DNA of 63,914 bases, counting the filler, from Anaerolineae bacterium (lineage in GTDB: Bacteria > Chloroflexota > Anaerolineae > Epilineales > Epilineaceae), in assembly GCA_029262755.1 (NCBI GenBank). It is 7 parts of 7 records of this genome, joined end to end, with 100 filler letters (N's around TTAATTAATTAA, not from the genome) between each part and the next. Parts side by side here need not be neighbours in the genome. Positions count along the whole stretch, not along the records: positions 1 to 16,844 come from JAJCYU010000330.1; 6 more parts are not named here. One strand, written 5' to 3'. Positions 1 through 9,246 of this stretch are shown here, in pieces. Each line of letters starts with the position of its first letter. The stretch's first letter is position 1. The translations under genes and the position numbers were made by a program. The notes beneath the pieces were generated by a model that was given only the letters and a program-made list of their open reading frames with translations, did not search any database and had not been told where the DNA came from.

Positions 1-4
1 CGAC

Positions 5-1867
5 ATGACCTTCTTCTCACCCGGCAACGAGAACCCGCCGGGCGAGGGCACGGGCACCCCGGCCGGCGACATCTTGATCGGCCGCCCCACCGACGACGGC
101 CGCTGGGACGTTCAGACCAACCCCGAGTTCTATGCTCAGGACGCCGGACCCGGCCTTGGCGAAACCCGCGGCACGCACGACGAGACGAGCTTCGGTGGCC
201 TCGCCCGCGTGCGCGTCCTCGACGTCGTGGTCACGACAGGCCTCGCACCGCAGGCGATCTCCTCCGGCGGCGCGTTCTGGTTCGACAACGTCACAGGCGA
301 GAATCTGGCGCGCGAAGAGCTCTACCGCTTCTCCGACGACCTCGTGAACTTCGGCAAGGCCAACGGCCTCGGCGACGTGGAGCTGCTGTGTCCGGCGGAG
401 ATCGCGACGGAGACGCCAACCCCAACGGCCTCCTCGACCGCGACCTCCACCCCGACCGCCACGCCCATAGCCACACCGACGTCCACCGCAACCCCGACGT
501 CGACCGCAACCTCCACGCCCTACATCATCTACCTGCCCTACGGTGAGGATGAGTGCATCCCCGAGAAGCGCTTCGTCGATGTCGTGCTCGTGCTGGACCG
601 CTCCACCTCGATGCTGCGCTCCGTCGAGCCGGGCGGCGTGCAGAAGAACGAGGCCGCCATCGCGGCGGCGCGCACCTTCATCGATACGCTCGCCCTAGAG
701 CCGGACCCGAACGACCCATACCTACGCCACGACCAGGTCAGCATCGTCGGCTTCAACGACGACGCGTGGATCGAAATCCCGCTCACCAACGACCGAGCCG
801 CAGCCGTGACCGCGCTCGAAACGATCCGCACCAAGACCCAAGAAGGCACGCGCCTTGACCTGGCCATCCTCGAGGGCCGCAAGCCGCTCGACGGCCCCGA
901 GCGCGTGCTGGCCAACGACGCGATCGTCGTCCTCCTGACCGACGGCCTACCCAACCGCGTGCCCTTCGACGCGGCCGCGGGCGGCAGCCAGGAGCAAACG
1001 GTCCAAGCCGCGGCCGACTCGGTGAAGGACAAGGGCACGAACGTCTACGCGATCGCGCTCGGCCGCCCGAACGACATCCACCCGCTGCTGATGCTGCAAA
1101 TCGTTTCCGAGCGCTACCAGTACTACTACGCGCCGCGTCCAGAAGACCTGGAGGGCATCTACCAGATCATCCTCGACACCTTCACCTTCTGCGGCCGCAA
1201 GAACGTGCCGCCGCCCACGCCCTGCGTGCCGCAGTACCAGCACGCGGACCTCATCCTTGTGCTCGACACCTCGACCTCCATGCAGCGCACCACCCGCGCC
1301 GGCCGCACCAAGCTCGCCGCCGCGCTGGAGGCCGCCGGCACCTTCGCCGATTCCCTGTCGCTCGAGCGCGACGGCTACGGCCGCCAAGACCGCCTGGCCA
1401 TCGTGGGCTTCAACAACACGGCCTGGACCGAGCTGACGCTGAGCGACGACCGGGCACGCATCGACCAGGCGCTCGCCGCGCTGCCGGCCAAGAGCGCGGA
1501 AGGCACGCGCCTCGACCTGGCCTTCCAGCAAGGCATCACCGCCTGGAACGACTCCTGGCGCTTGCCGGCGAATCGCCCGGTCCTCGTGCTCCTGACCGAC
1601 GGCCTGCCCAACCGCGTGCCCTTCGGCCCCGGCTCTACGAGCCCCGCCTGCCCGGACCAAGAGTGCACGGTCCTCGCAGCGGCAACGGCGGCCAAGCGCG
1701 CTGGTGCCCGCGTGTTCACGATCGGCCTCGGCCTGCCCGACGACGTCCTGCGCCGCCTGCTCGAGGAGTCCGCCAGCAGCCCGCGCGACTACGCGTTTGC
1801 GCCGGACGCAGAGGACCTCGCGGCGATCTATCGGCAGATCGCGGGACGGGTGCGGGCGTGTCCGTAG
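5..1867 (+). CDS. Tandem VWA-domain surface protein with Pro/Thr linker (probably 5'-truncated by the window edge)
   Basis: Two MIDAS motifs (DRSTS, DTSTS), two LLTDGLPN motifs, TPT/STAT linker, IIYLP motif. Confidence 0.85.
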   Translation: MTFFSPGNENPPGEGTGTPAGDILIGRPTDDGRWDVQTNPEFYAQDAGPGLGETRGTHDETSFGGLARVRVLDVVVTTGLAPQAISSGGAFWFDNVTGENLAREELYRFSDDLVNFGKANGLGDVELLCPAEIATETPTPTASSTATSTPTATPIATPTSTATPTSTATSTPYIIYLPYGEDECIPEKRFVDVVLVLDRSTSMLRSVEPGGVQKNEAAIAAARTFIDTLALEPDPNDPYLRHDQVSIVGFNDDAWIEIPLTNDRAAAVTALETIRTKTQEGTRLDLAILEGRKPLDGPERVLANDAIVVLLTDGLPNRVPFDAAAGGSQEQTVQAAADSVKDKGTNVYAIALGRPNDIHPLLMLQIVSERYQYYYAPRPEDLEGIYQIILDTFTFCGRKNVPPPTPCVPQYQHADLILVLDTSTSMQRTTRAGRTKLAAALEAAGTFADSLSLERDGYGRQDRLAIVGFNNTAWTELTLSDDRARIDQALAALPAKSAEGTRLDLAFQQGITAWNDSWRLPANRPVLVLLTDGLPNRVPFGPGSTSPACPDQECTVLAAATAAKRAGARVFTIGLGLPDDVLRRLLEESASSPRDYAFAPDAEDLAAIYRQIAGRVRACP

Positions 1868-2069
1868 GGGGAGGGCTGGACTGGAGCAGAGCGCAGGATC
1901 GAATTAAGAGCAGAGCGAATTCCGGTGCAGCTTTCACCACGGTCTGAAGTATCGGCCGTTTCGCTTTCTGGTACGGCCGGTACGCTGCTGCTCGGGCTCG
2001 CCGCGTCGCGTGCGGATGATACACACGTAGGTTTCAGCGTAGCCTGCGCTGGCCGGATCAGATCCGCGG

Positions 2070-2720
2070 TTACGCGCTTATGCGACTTCGCCCAACCGTC
2101 TTGTTCAAGAGCCCAATGATTTCCACTGTGTTCCATGTACTGCCGACGATAAGCCCGAGCGTACTCGCTTGCATGGCTACTCCGATGCTCGAGTCCATGC
2201 TGCCCACAATCTCGATCAACGCGACCAGCGCCCCGGCTGCGCCGAGCGCATACCAATAGCGACCATAGGGTGAGCGATTGCGTGCGATGCCTACCATCAT
2301 AAGGCTCATGAGGAGCCCGGTGGCACCGGAGCGCAAGGAACCTCTCTCCATGAAGGTATGGGAATACAACATGGCCATCATCGGCAGCACGAGCAACATT
2401 GCGCCGCGTCTTGGCATCTTATTCTTGACAACAAGTTCTCGCACGTCTTCGGGAAGCTGGTCCTGAAGTGCACGGACTCCGGGCGCGAATCGAGCGCGTA
2501 ATCGTATGTCGGCCACGGCGCCAACCAGCAGTCCGATCAGAAGCGGTGTGATGAGAAATAGGAGCCCCACTTCGATCGACAGGGTATGCCTGAGTTGCCC
2601 CGAGTCAGCGAAGAGCAATCCAATCCATGACACGCTGATGCCCCACATACTAGTCGTCATCGAGTACGGGCTTGACATGTACGCATAGTTCTCCGCGACA
2701 TAGCGTTCTTCAGGCGTCAT
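2070..2720 (-). CDS. Hypothetical multi-pass membrane protein
   Basis: 216-aa ORF with several hydrophobic segments, ATG start preceded by a purine-rich RBS-like run, locally lower GC. Confidence 0.55.
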   Translation of the reverse strand: MTPEERYVAENYAYMSSPYSMTTSMWGISVSWIGLLFADSGQLRHTLSIEVGLLFLITPLLIGLLVGAVADIRLRARFAPGVRALQDQLPEDVRELVVKNKMPRRGAMLLVLPMMAMLYSHTFMERGSLRSGATGLLMSLMMVGIARNRSPYGRYWYALGAAGALVALIEIVGSMDSSIGVAMQASTLGLIVGSTWNTVEIIGLLNKTVGRSRISA

Positions 2721-2827
2721 GTCCCTGTCTCCCGTCAGCGCTCGACGTCTAATCTGCTCTTCGTGTATTGCCCCACCGCAGGTTCCCTCGGGCAGCCGCG
2801 CGTTCAGTCACACACCCCAAACCCCGC

Positions 2828-4507
2828 CTACTCCCTCCCCGCTTCAATCCGCAGCGTTTCCACCGTGCCCGACGCCGGATCGACGACGCGGATCGCGTGG
2901 TTGTTCGTGTCCGCGACGTAGAGCAGCGCGCGTAGGTCGTCCCACGCCAGGCCTTCGGGTTCGAAGAAGGTCGCGGCCAGGGCGGCGCCGTCGGTGGCGC
3001 CCGCGGTTCCCGTGCCGGCCTGCGTGCGGACGACGCCGGAACCGGGGTTGAGGATCTTGAGCTTGTGGTTGTAGCTGTCCGCGATGTAGATCTCGTCGCC
3101 GACAGCTGCGAGGCCCGTGGGGTGTTGCAGCCGCACCGCGGCGCCTTGGCCATCGATGTCGCCGAAGTCGAAAAGGCCCAGGCCGACGAGGGTGAACACG
3201 CGTGGGTCCTTGTCGAGGCGGATGGCGCGGATGGCGCTTGCCTCGCTGTCGGCCACGATGAGATGGCCCATGACCATCGCGAGATCGCTTGGCTGGTTGA
3301 AGGAGGCCTCGGCGCGCGGGCCGTCCACGAGCGCCTCGCGCCCGGTGCCGGCGAACACGCCCAGCTCGCGCTCGCCGACGAGCGCCCAGATCTGGTGCGA
3401 GCCGGCCATGGCGATGAGCAGCGCTTCCCCGTCGGCCCATACGTCCCACGGTGAGCGTAGCGCCGTCTCGAGCGGCGCGCCGGGTCGCCCGTAGCCGCCC
3501 TTCTCGCCGGTGCCCGCCACGGTCCGCACCGTCCCGTCCGCCAGATCGATGGCGCGGATCGCGTGGTTCTCGGTATCGGCGACGTACAGGGTTTCGCCCG
3601 CACCGCCGGCGCGCGTGGCGAGCGCCATGCCGTGTGGATCGTGAAAGCGCGCCTCATCGGCTGCGCCGTCGACGAACCCCGGTTCCCCACTGCCGAACAC
3701 GCGCACGATGGTGGCCGTGGGCGCCGAAGAGAGCGCGCTAGCGGCGGCGCTGGGATCGGCATGCGCGTCGCCTGCTTGTGTGCCTTCGCCGGCGCCTGAG
3801 GCCGAACTTGAGCCCGAGCCTTCTCCTGCGCCCATTTCCGAGCCCACGCCCCCCACGCCCGACCCAGGCGCGGTGCCGTTCACGCGAGCGGCGCCGACGC
3901 CCTCAAGGCGTAGCTCCAGCACGCGGTGGTGCCCGGTGTCCGCGACGAACAGCCGACCGTCGCCCGGTGCGTACAGCTTGGACGGGTAGCGCAATACGCG
4001 TTCTGGGGCCGCTTCGCGCTCAAGCTGTGTGGCCAGGGGCGTGCGATCGAGCCTGCCCTCGTTCTCGGCCTGCTCGATCAGCTCGTGGATGCGCGGCGAG
4101 AGCGCATCGGCATCGATCTCGCCGCTGTAGGTCTCGATGATACGACCCCGCGCGTCGATCAGCATCACGGTCGGCCAGGCTTTCACGGCGTATTGCTGCC
4201 ACACGTCGAAGTGCGCGTCGTTGGCCACGGGATGATCGATCCCATGCCGCTGCACGGCCTCGCGAATGTTGGCCAGCTCTTTCTCGGCGGGGAATTTGGC
4301 GGAATGGATACCCAACACGACGAGCGTGTCGGGGAACTGCTCCCGGAGTCGGCGCAACTGCGCGACGTTGTGGTGGCAGTTCACTCAGCAGAAGGTCCAG
4401 AACTCCATGAGGACGATCTTGCCGCGCAGCCGGGCCATGGACAGCCGCTGCGGCGTGTTGAGCCAGTCCAATCGCGCGGGCAGTTCGGGGGCGCGGATCA
4501 CAGACAT
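2828..4507 (-). CDS. Thioredoxin-like + NHL-repeat protein (NHLRC2/SOQ1-like), predicted selenoprotein with TGA at 4385-4387 read as Sec41
   Basis: ORFs 4385..4615 and 2828..4384 are in one frame: ...MEFWTFC-TGA-VNCHHNV..., against family motif DFWTxCCINC. GGAG RBS before ATG 4507. Downstream HSAKF, WPT and NHL repeats. Confidence 0.85.
4334..4382 (-). promoter_or_regulatory. Candidate bacterial SECIS element for the thioredoxin-NHL gene
   Basis: Lower stem GAACUGC/GCAGUUC. Upper stem GUC-GCGC-[AGUU]-GCGC-C-GAC (4348-4366) with GU in the apical loop about 27 nt after the UGA. Confidence 0.6.
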
Positions 4508-4628
4508 GGGGGGACTCCATGGGGGATGACGGAAGGAGGGGGACGACGGGCTGAGGTGAGACGATGGACGGACAGCGGCGATGGCTAGACACCGGCGAAT
4601 CCGCTCCCGTATCACCGGGGGCTCAAGT

Positions 4629-5036
4629 CTATCGGATCAGCTCGATGCGGATGGGCCCCGGAACGGAGGCCCATGCTTGATCCGCGGAAAGGATGACGCG
4701 TTGGCTCACCATTCCCAATGCCAGGCAGGCGCGATCGCCCAATGACAGCCCGAGGGGGCGCGTCGCCGTCCGCAGCGATGCCGCGGCCTCCGCCTGCCGC
4801 GCATCAAGCGCGCGGATGCTCAGCAGGGGCCCAAGGATGCCGCGACGGAGCAAATCGTCCCGGAGCGTCTCCGGCTCGTGGCCCCAATCCGACTTGCGCG
4901 TGAGGCACTCCGACCAGTTGACCGCGCTCATCCAGGCACCGTCAGTCAACGCCCCCGCGACCCGCTCGGAGCCAGGTTCATCGCCGATCAGTGCCAGTAG
5001 CGCGGAAGCGTCGAGCACATAGCCCGGTGCCATCAT
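4629..5036 (-). CDS. vapC: PIN-domain VapC-type toxin
   Basis: YVLDASALLA, SAVNWSE, LSLGDRACLALG and SAD motifs. Confidence 0.9.
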   Translation of the reverse strand: MMAPGYVLDASALLALIGDEPGSERVAGALTDGAWMSAVNWSECLTRKSDWGHEPETLRDDLLRRGILGPLLSIRALDARQAEAAASLRTATRPLGLSLGDRACLALGMVSQRVILSADQAWASVPGPIRIELIR

Positions 5037-5386
5037 GGGCCCCGTTTCGGATCGACAAGGGGCGGGGGCGACGGAGGAGAGACCGCATCGCTCGAAGCGC
5101 CGCGCGACTCCAACTCCTCGCGAAGCGCCTCCGCGCGTCGCTCACGATCTAGATCAGCGACCAGGAATCCCGCGCCCTTTTGGACCGAATAGCTGCCGCG
5201 CAGCTCGGCCACCACGTGGCGAGCCACACGCAAGCGCAGCTCACCGTCGCCGACCTGGTCCAAGACAAGCACGTCTCCGGTGTGCAAGCCCATCCGGCGA
5301 CGGATCGCCGATGGCAGCACAACGCGACCTCGATCGCCTAGTCGAACGCGACAAGCCTTGGGTTCCTGATCGGCTATGACTTCCAT
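5033..5386 (-). CDS. AbrB/MazE/SpoVT-family antitoxin
   Basis: RGRVVLPSAIRRRMGLHTGD motif, GGAG RBS, 4-bp overlap with the toxin. Confidence 0.85.
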   Translation of the reverse strand: MEVIADQEPKACRVRLGDRGRVVLPSAIRRRMGLHTGDVLVLDQVGDGELRLRVARHVVAELRGSYSVQKGAGFLVADLDRERRAEALREELESRGASSDAVSPPSPPPLVDPKRGP

Positions 5387-5539
5387 GGCCGTGCTCCGTC
5401 GATGATCGCCAAGGGGTTGGCGGCCGTGGGTCGCACAAGTTATGTGGGCCGTTTTCAAACATACCTCAATGCTCATCTACATCCGTTCCAGCGCTTATGT
5501 CGCCTTGCCTTGGAGATGAGTTCCGCCCCAACCGAGCCC

Positions 5540-7726
5540 TCAACGCCCGCCTACACCAAGCACGGGCAGCCATACTCGCCCCGGAGGGCTCGCCGCCCAA
5601 TCCGCGTCGAAGACCGTCGCGAGCCGGTCGTGCAGCGCGGCGGAGCCCACCTGCAGCGCAACCTCGCGATTGGCCTTGCTCGCCGCCTCGCTGCCGTTGA
5701 GACTGCCCACGTGCACCCACTTCCCATCACTTCCCAGCGCGGTTCGGTACGCATCGTCTGCACGGATGTCTTCCGTTCCGCGCGAGCCGAAGGGTCGCTC
5801 TGCGCCACTGCGTTCTTGCCCTCCGTCCAGCCGCAGCAGGACGACTTTCGCGTGAATGCCGGCCCCGGCCGGGTTGCCCACGCGTGCCTCTAGATCCAAG
5901 CCCTCGGTTGCCGCTACCGCGTTCAGCCAACGCGCCGCCGCCGCGTTGCTGTTGGGGTGCTCCGCGTCGTCGAAGTAGCGGTCGAGCAGCACCCACACCC
6001 GGGCGCCGCGCCGCGCGGCGTCGAGGTAGGCCACCAGCCGTGGGTTGAGCGCCACCGCGCCCTCGCTCGGATCGCCCCACCAGCGGGCCTCACGCATCTG
6101 CGCCACGCGCAGTGTGTCGCCCGGCCCGGCCGCCGCCACGAGCCCGAGCAGCCCGCCCTCATCGGAGAGCGCGTTCTCCGGCGCGGTGATCATCTCCACC
6201 ATCCGCACGCCGCGATCGCGCACCGCATCGGCCCACCGTGGGGGCGGCGCGCCGATCGCGCCCGGCAGCAGGCCACGGGGCGGCGCGTAGCCTGGCGCCG
6301 GCGCCCCGCGTCGAGGATCCCGCGCCTGCCAGGGCTGCACGTCCGGGTGCGCGGGATCGAGGTCGCGCGCCACGATCCCGGCCGCCCAGTCGAGCGCGGC
6401 GGGTGCGTCGGTCGCCAGCCACGCGCCGCGCCGGCCGAAGGAGGCGCCGCCGGTCGGAGCCGAGGCCGCGGACGGATTCTCGGTGCCGATCAGGACCCAC
6501 AGGCCATCGACCACCGAGAGCTTGGCGTGAGCGCTGCGATACCGCCTCACCCCCCCGGCGCGCGCCATCCACCACAGCTCGACGCCGGCCGCCGCCATGG
6601 TCGCCAGCGCCCAGCGTTGGTCGGGCTCGACGCCCCCGACGGGGCTGCCGTCGAGCAACACGCGCACGCGCACCCCGGCGCGCGCCCGTTCGGCCAGCAG
6701 CTCGGCCAGCTCGGGGTGGTCGAAGGAATAGGCCAGGAGCTCGATGGACCGCCGCGCGTCGCCCCAATGGCGCGCGAGGAAGGCCTGCAGGCCGTCGGGC
6801 GCGATCGCGAGCTCGAGGCTCGTGCGGGCCAGCGTGCGTTGGGGACGCGTCCGGCCCTCGAGATCCCAGCCCGGGAAGCGCACGCGACGACCGAGCCGCG
6901 GGTCGCGCGGATCGGAGGCCCAGTCGGCAGCGCGGTCCGTGTCGGGCACGGGACCCGGCGAGAGCGCCGAGGAGGGCGCTGCATCGACGGCGGCAGCGGA
7001 CGTGACACGTTGGATGAACGCGCCGGCGGATGGGGACTCGGTCGCAGGAGGCACAGCGATCGTGGATGCACTGTCAGACGCACCGTCGGACGCACCGCTT
7101 GTCGCGGCCTCGGCAACTGCCGCCACCGCATCCGCAGCGCCGAGTGGGCCATCCTCCTGGCCTTCCGTGCGCAGCGCCAGCTTGCGGTAGAGCACCTGTC
7201 CGCGACTCGGCAGCCCACCTCCGCCGTAGGGCTCGACCGGCTCGCCGTGCCACCCTTCGGCCGCGATCGCCGCGTCGCCCGTCCCCCACACCACCACATC
7301 CACCACGCGGCCCGCCGCGTCCAGCAGACGCAACCCGTCGCCGCCGTCCGCCAGCCGCGGTCCGCCGCCGGCCGTGCGCATGGCGCAGCCCGGCGCGAAG
7401 CACCAGCGCGGTGGATGGCCGAAGCTCGTGGCGAAGGCGTGCGGATCGCGGGCGACCCACGCCCAGGCACCGGGCGCGAGTTGGGTCGATGCCCCGTCGC
7501 CGGCACCCGAGCCGAAGACGGCGCGCCCCTCACCGTCATCGATCACCCAACCCGCCAGATCCACGACCTTCGGCCCCACGTTCCACAGCTGCACGCCTTC
7601 GTCTGCGTCTCCCGGCACCCAGCCCTCGGCCAGAAAGGCGGCGATGACCACGCTCGAAGACTGGGCGAGGGTCCACGCCAGGCACAGGGTGGCTCGAGCC
7701 GCCTGCCATACCGGTCCTCTCGTCAT
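5540..7726 (-). CDS. Exported lamin-tail-like + phospholipase D-family protein
   Basis: HAKLSVVD...GTEN and HAKVVLL...GSLN...NRE motifs, N-terminal LTD-like segment (VQLWNVG..VDLAGWVIDDG), C-terminal RVWLPVL. Confidence 0.8.
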   Translation of the reverse strand: MTRGPVWQAARATLCLAWTLAQSSSVVIAAFLAEGWVPGDADEGVQLWNVGPKVVDLAGWVIDDGEGRAVFGSGAGDGASTQLAPGAWAWVARDPHAFATSFGHPPRWCFAPGCAMRTAGGGPRLADGGDGLRLLDAAGRVVDVVVWGTGDAAIAAEGWHGEPVEPYGGGGLPSRGQVLYRKLALRTEGQEDGPLGAADAVAAVAEAATSGASDGASDSASTIAVPPATESPSAGAFIQRVTSAAAVDAAPSSALSPGPVPDTDRAADWASDPRDPRLGRRVRFPGWDLEGRTRPQRTLARTSLELAIAPDGLQAFLARHWGDARRSIELLAYSFDHPELAELLAERARAGVRVRVLLDGSPVGGVEPDQRWALATMAAAGVELWWMARAGGVRRYRSAHAKLSVVDGLWVLIGTENPSAASAPTGGASFGRRGAWLATDAPAALDWAAGIVARDLDPAHPDVQPWQARDPRRGAPAPGYAPPRGLLPGAIGAPPPRWADAVRDRGVRMVEMITAPENALSDEGGLLGLVAAAGPGDTLRVAQMREARWWGDPSEGAVALNPRLVAYLDAARRGARVWVLLDRYFDDAEHPNSNAAAARWLNAVAATEGLDLEARVGNPAGAGIHAKVVLLRLDGGQERSGAERPFGSRGTEDIRADDAYRTALGSDGKWVHVGSLNGSEAASKANREVALQVGSAALHDRLATVFDADWAASPPGRVWLPVLGVGGR

Positions 7727-8115
7727 GGTCGCTCGCCCTCCCGCGCAAGGCCGCCGGCACGTGCGCTCGGGCACGTCCCGTTCAGACTACGCCGTGGGGC
7801 ATAGGCGATCTAGGAGGATGGCGCCAGGTCGGTGACGGATCGGCGACGAGGCGGTTGTACGCAGCGGTACGGGTCACGTTCGATCGCGATGGCCAAGACG
7901 ACCACTCCGCCGTACCGCCGTCCCCACCACCGGCCCGGCGGGCACGGGATCTCGACCGCGATCTGCTCGTTCAGCGCCGCGTGGTGGTCGGCCTCGGGTG
8001 CCGCTTTGGATCGTCGCGCGAATGCGGGGCCCGATCGAGCTCCCCGCACCACCGATCGCACGCACTCGGGCATTCCTCCCCGGCTCCCCGGCTCCCAGGC
8101 TCCCCGCCACCGCCC

Positions 8116-9138
8116 CTACACGCCGCGGACTTGCCCGTCCAGCGCCTTCAACGTGCCCACGGGGCCGACGACGATCAGCGTGTCGCCGGCTTCGAGTGGC
8201 AGGTCGGGTTGCGGCGGGACCGAGACGCTCTCCGCGTGCCAGATCGCGACGATCAGGGCGCCGTAGCGGCGGGTATCGAGGGAGGCGAGCGTGCGGCCGA
8301 CGAGCGGGCTGGCCTCACCGATGACGATCTGCCCTAGGTCGAGGTCGCCGCGGCGTGGGATGAGGCGGTTGAGGACCTCTTCCACGATCGGGTGGGTGAC
8401 GCTGAGCGCCAGGTGCATCGCGGCCGTGCCGTGGTGCTGGAGGACGTAGTTGGAGCCGGCGCGCTCCATCTTGACGCGGGCGTCCGCAGTCTCGGCGCGG
8501 GCGGCAATCATGATCTCGGGGGCCATGGCGCGGGCACTCAGGATGATCACGATGTTGGTCGCGTCGTCGCGCGTGACGCAGATGACGGCCCTGGCACGCT
8601 CGATGCCGGCCAGAGCCAGCGTTTCGTCCAATGTCGCGTCGCCCAACACGGCCAGGCCACCGTCGGCCTGGAGTGCGGCCACGATTGTCTCTTCGGAATC
8701 GACCATCACCCACGGTTCGTCTTCGGCAGACAGTTCCTGGCCTACACGCACGCCCATGCGCCCGTAGCCGCAGACGATGGTGTGGCCGCTCATCTCATCG
8801 ATCCGGCGCTGCATGCGCTGCCTCCCGATGTAAGTCCAGAAGAATTCGGCGAAGATCAGCTCCGCCGCGGTGGCCACGGCCCACGCGGTCACCAAGACGG
8901 CGGATAGGATCAGCCAGACGGTGAAAAGCTTGGCGGCGTTGGTCTCGATCGGAATCGTCTCACCGTAGCCGACGGTCGTGACCGTGATTACGGTGAAGTA
9001 CAGCGCGTCGATCCAATCGACGTCCGTCAGAAGTTTGAAACCCGCGGTGCCCGACAAGAGAACGGCCACCAGGGTCAGTAGCGCAAGGCGCAGCCTGCCT
9101 AGTGGATTGCCGTGGTCGCGTCGCGGGAAGAGATACAT
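8116..9138 (-). CDS. Potassium channel with RCK (TrkA-N/TrkA-C) domains
   Basis: TTVGYG selectivity filter, VCGYGRMG Rossmann motif, C-terminal TrkA-C. Confidence 0.9.
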   Translation of the reverse strand: MYLFPRRDHGNPLGRLRLALLTLVAVLLSGTAGFKLLTDVDWIDALYFTVITVTTVGYGETIPIETNAAKLFTVWLILSAVLVTAWAVATAAELIFAEFFWTYIGRQRMQRRIDEMSGHTIVCGYGRMGVRVGQELSAEDEPWVMVDSEETIVAALQADGGLAVLGDATLDETLALAGIERARAVICVTRDDATNIVIILSARAMAPEIMIAARAETADARVKMERAGSNYVLQHHGTAAMHLALSVTHPIVEEVLNRLIPRRGDLDLGQIVIGEASPLVGRTLASLDTRRYGALIVAIWHAESVSVPPQPDLPLEAGDTLIVVGPVGTLKALDGQVRGV

Positions 9139-9246
9139 GGTCGCGCAGGATACCACCGACCACCCGAGTTCTCGCCTTTGCGCACGGTTCGCCCATCAGG
9201 GCCTCGGTGGACGCTGCGAGAACCGCTGGTGTTCCTCGTTCCCTGC

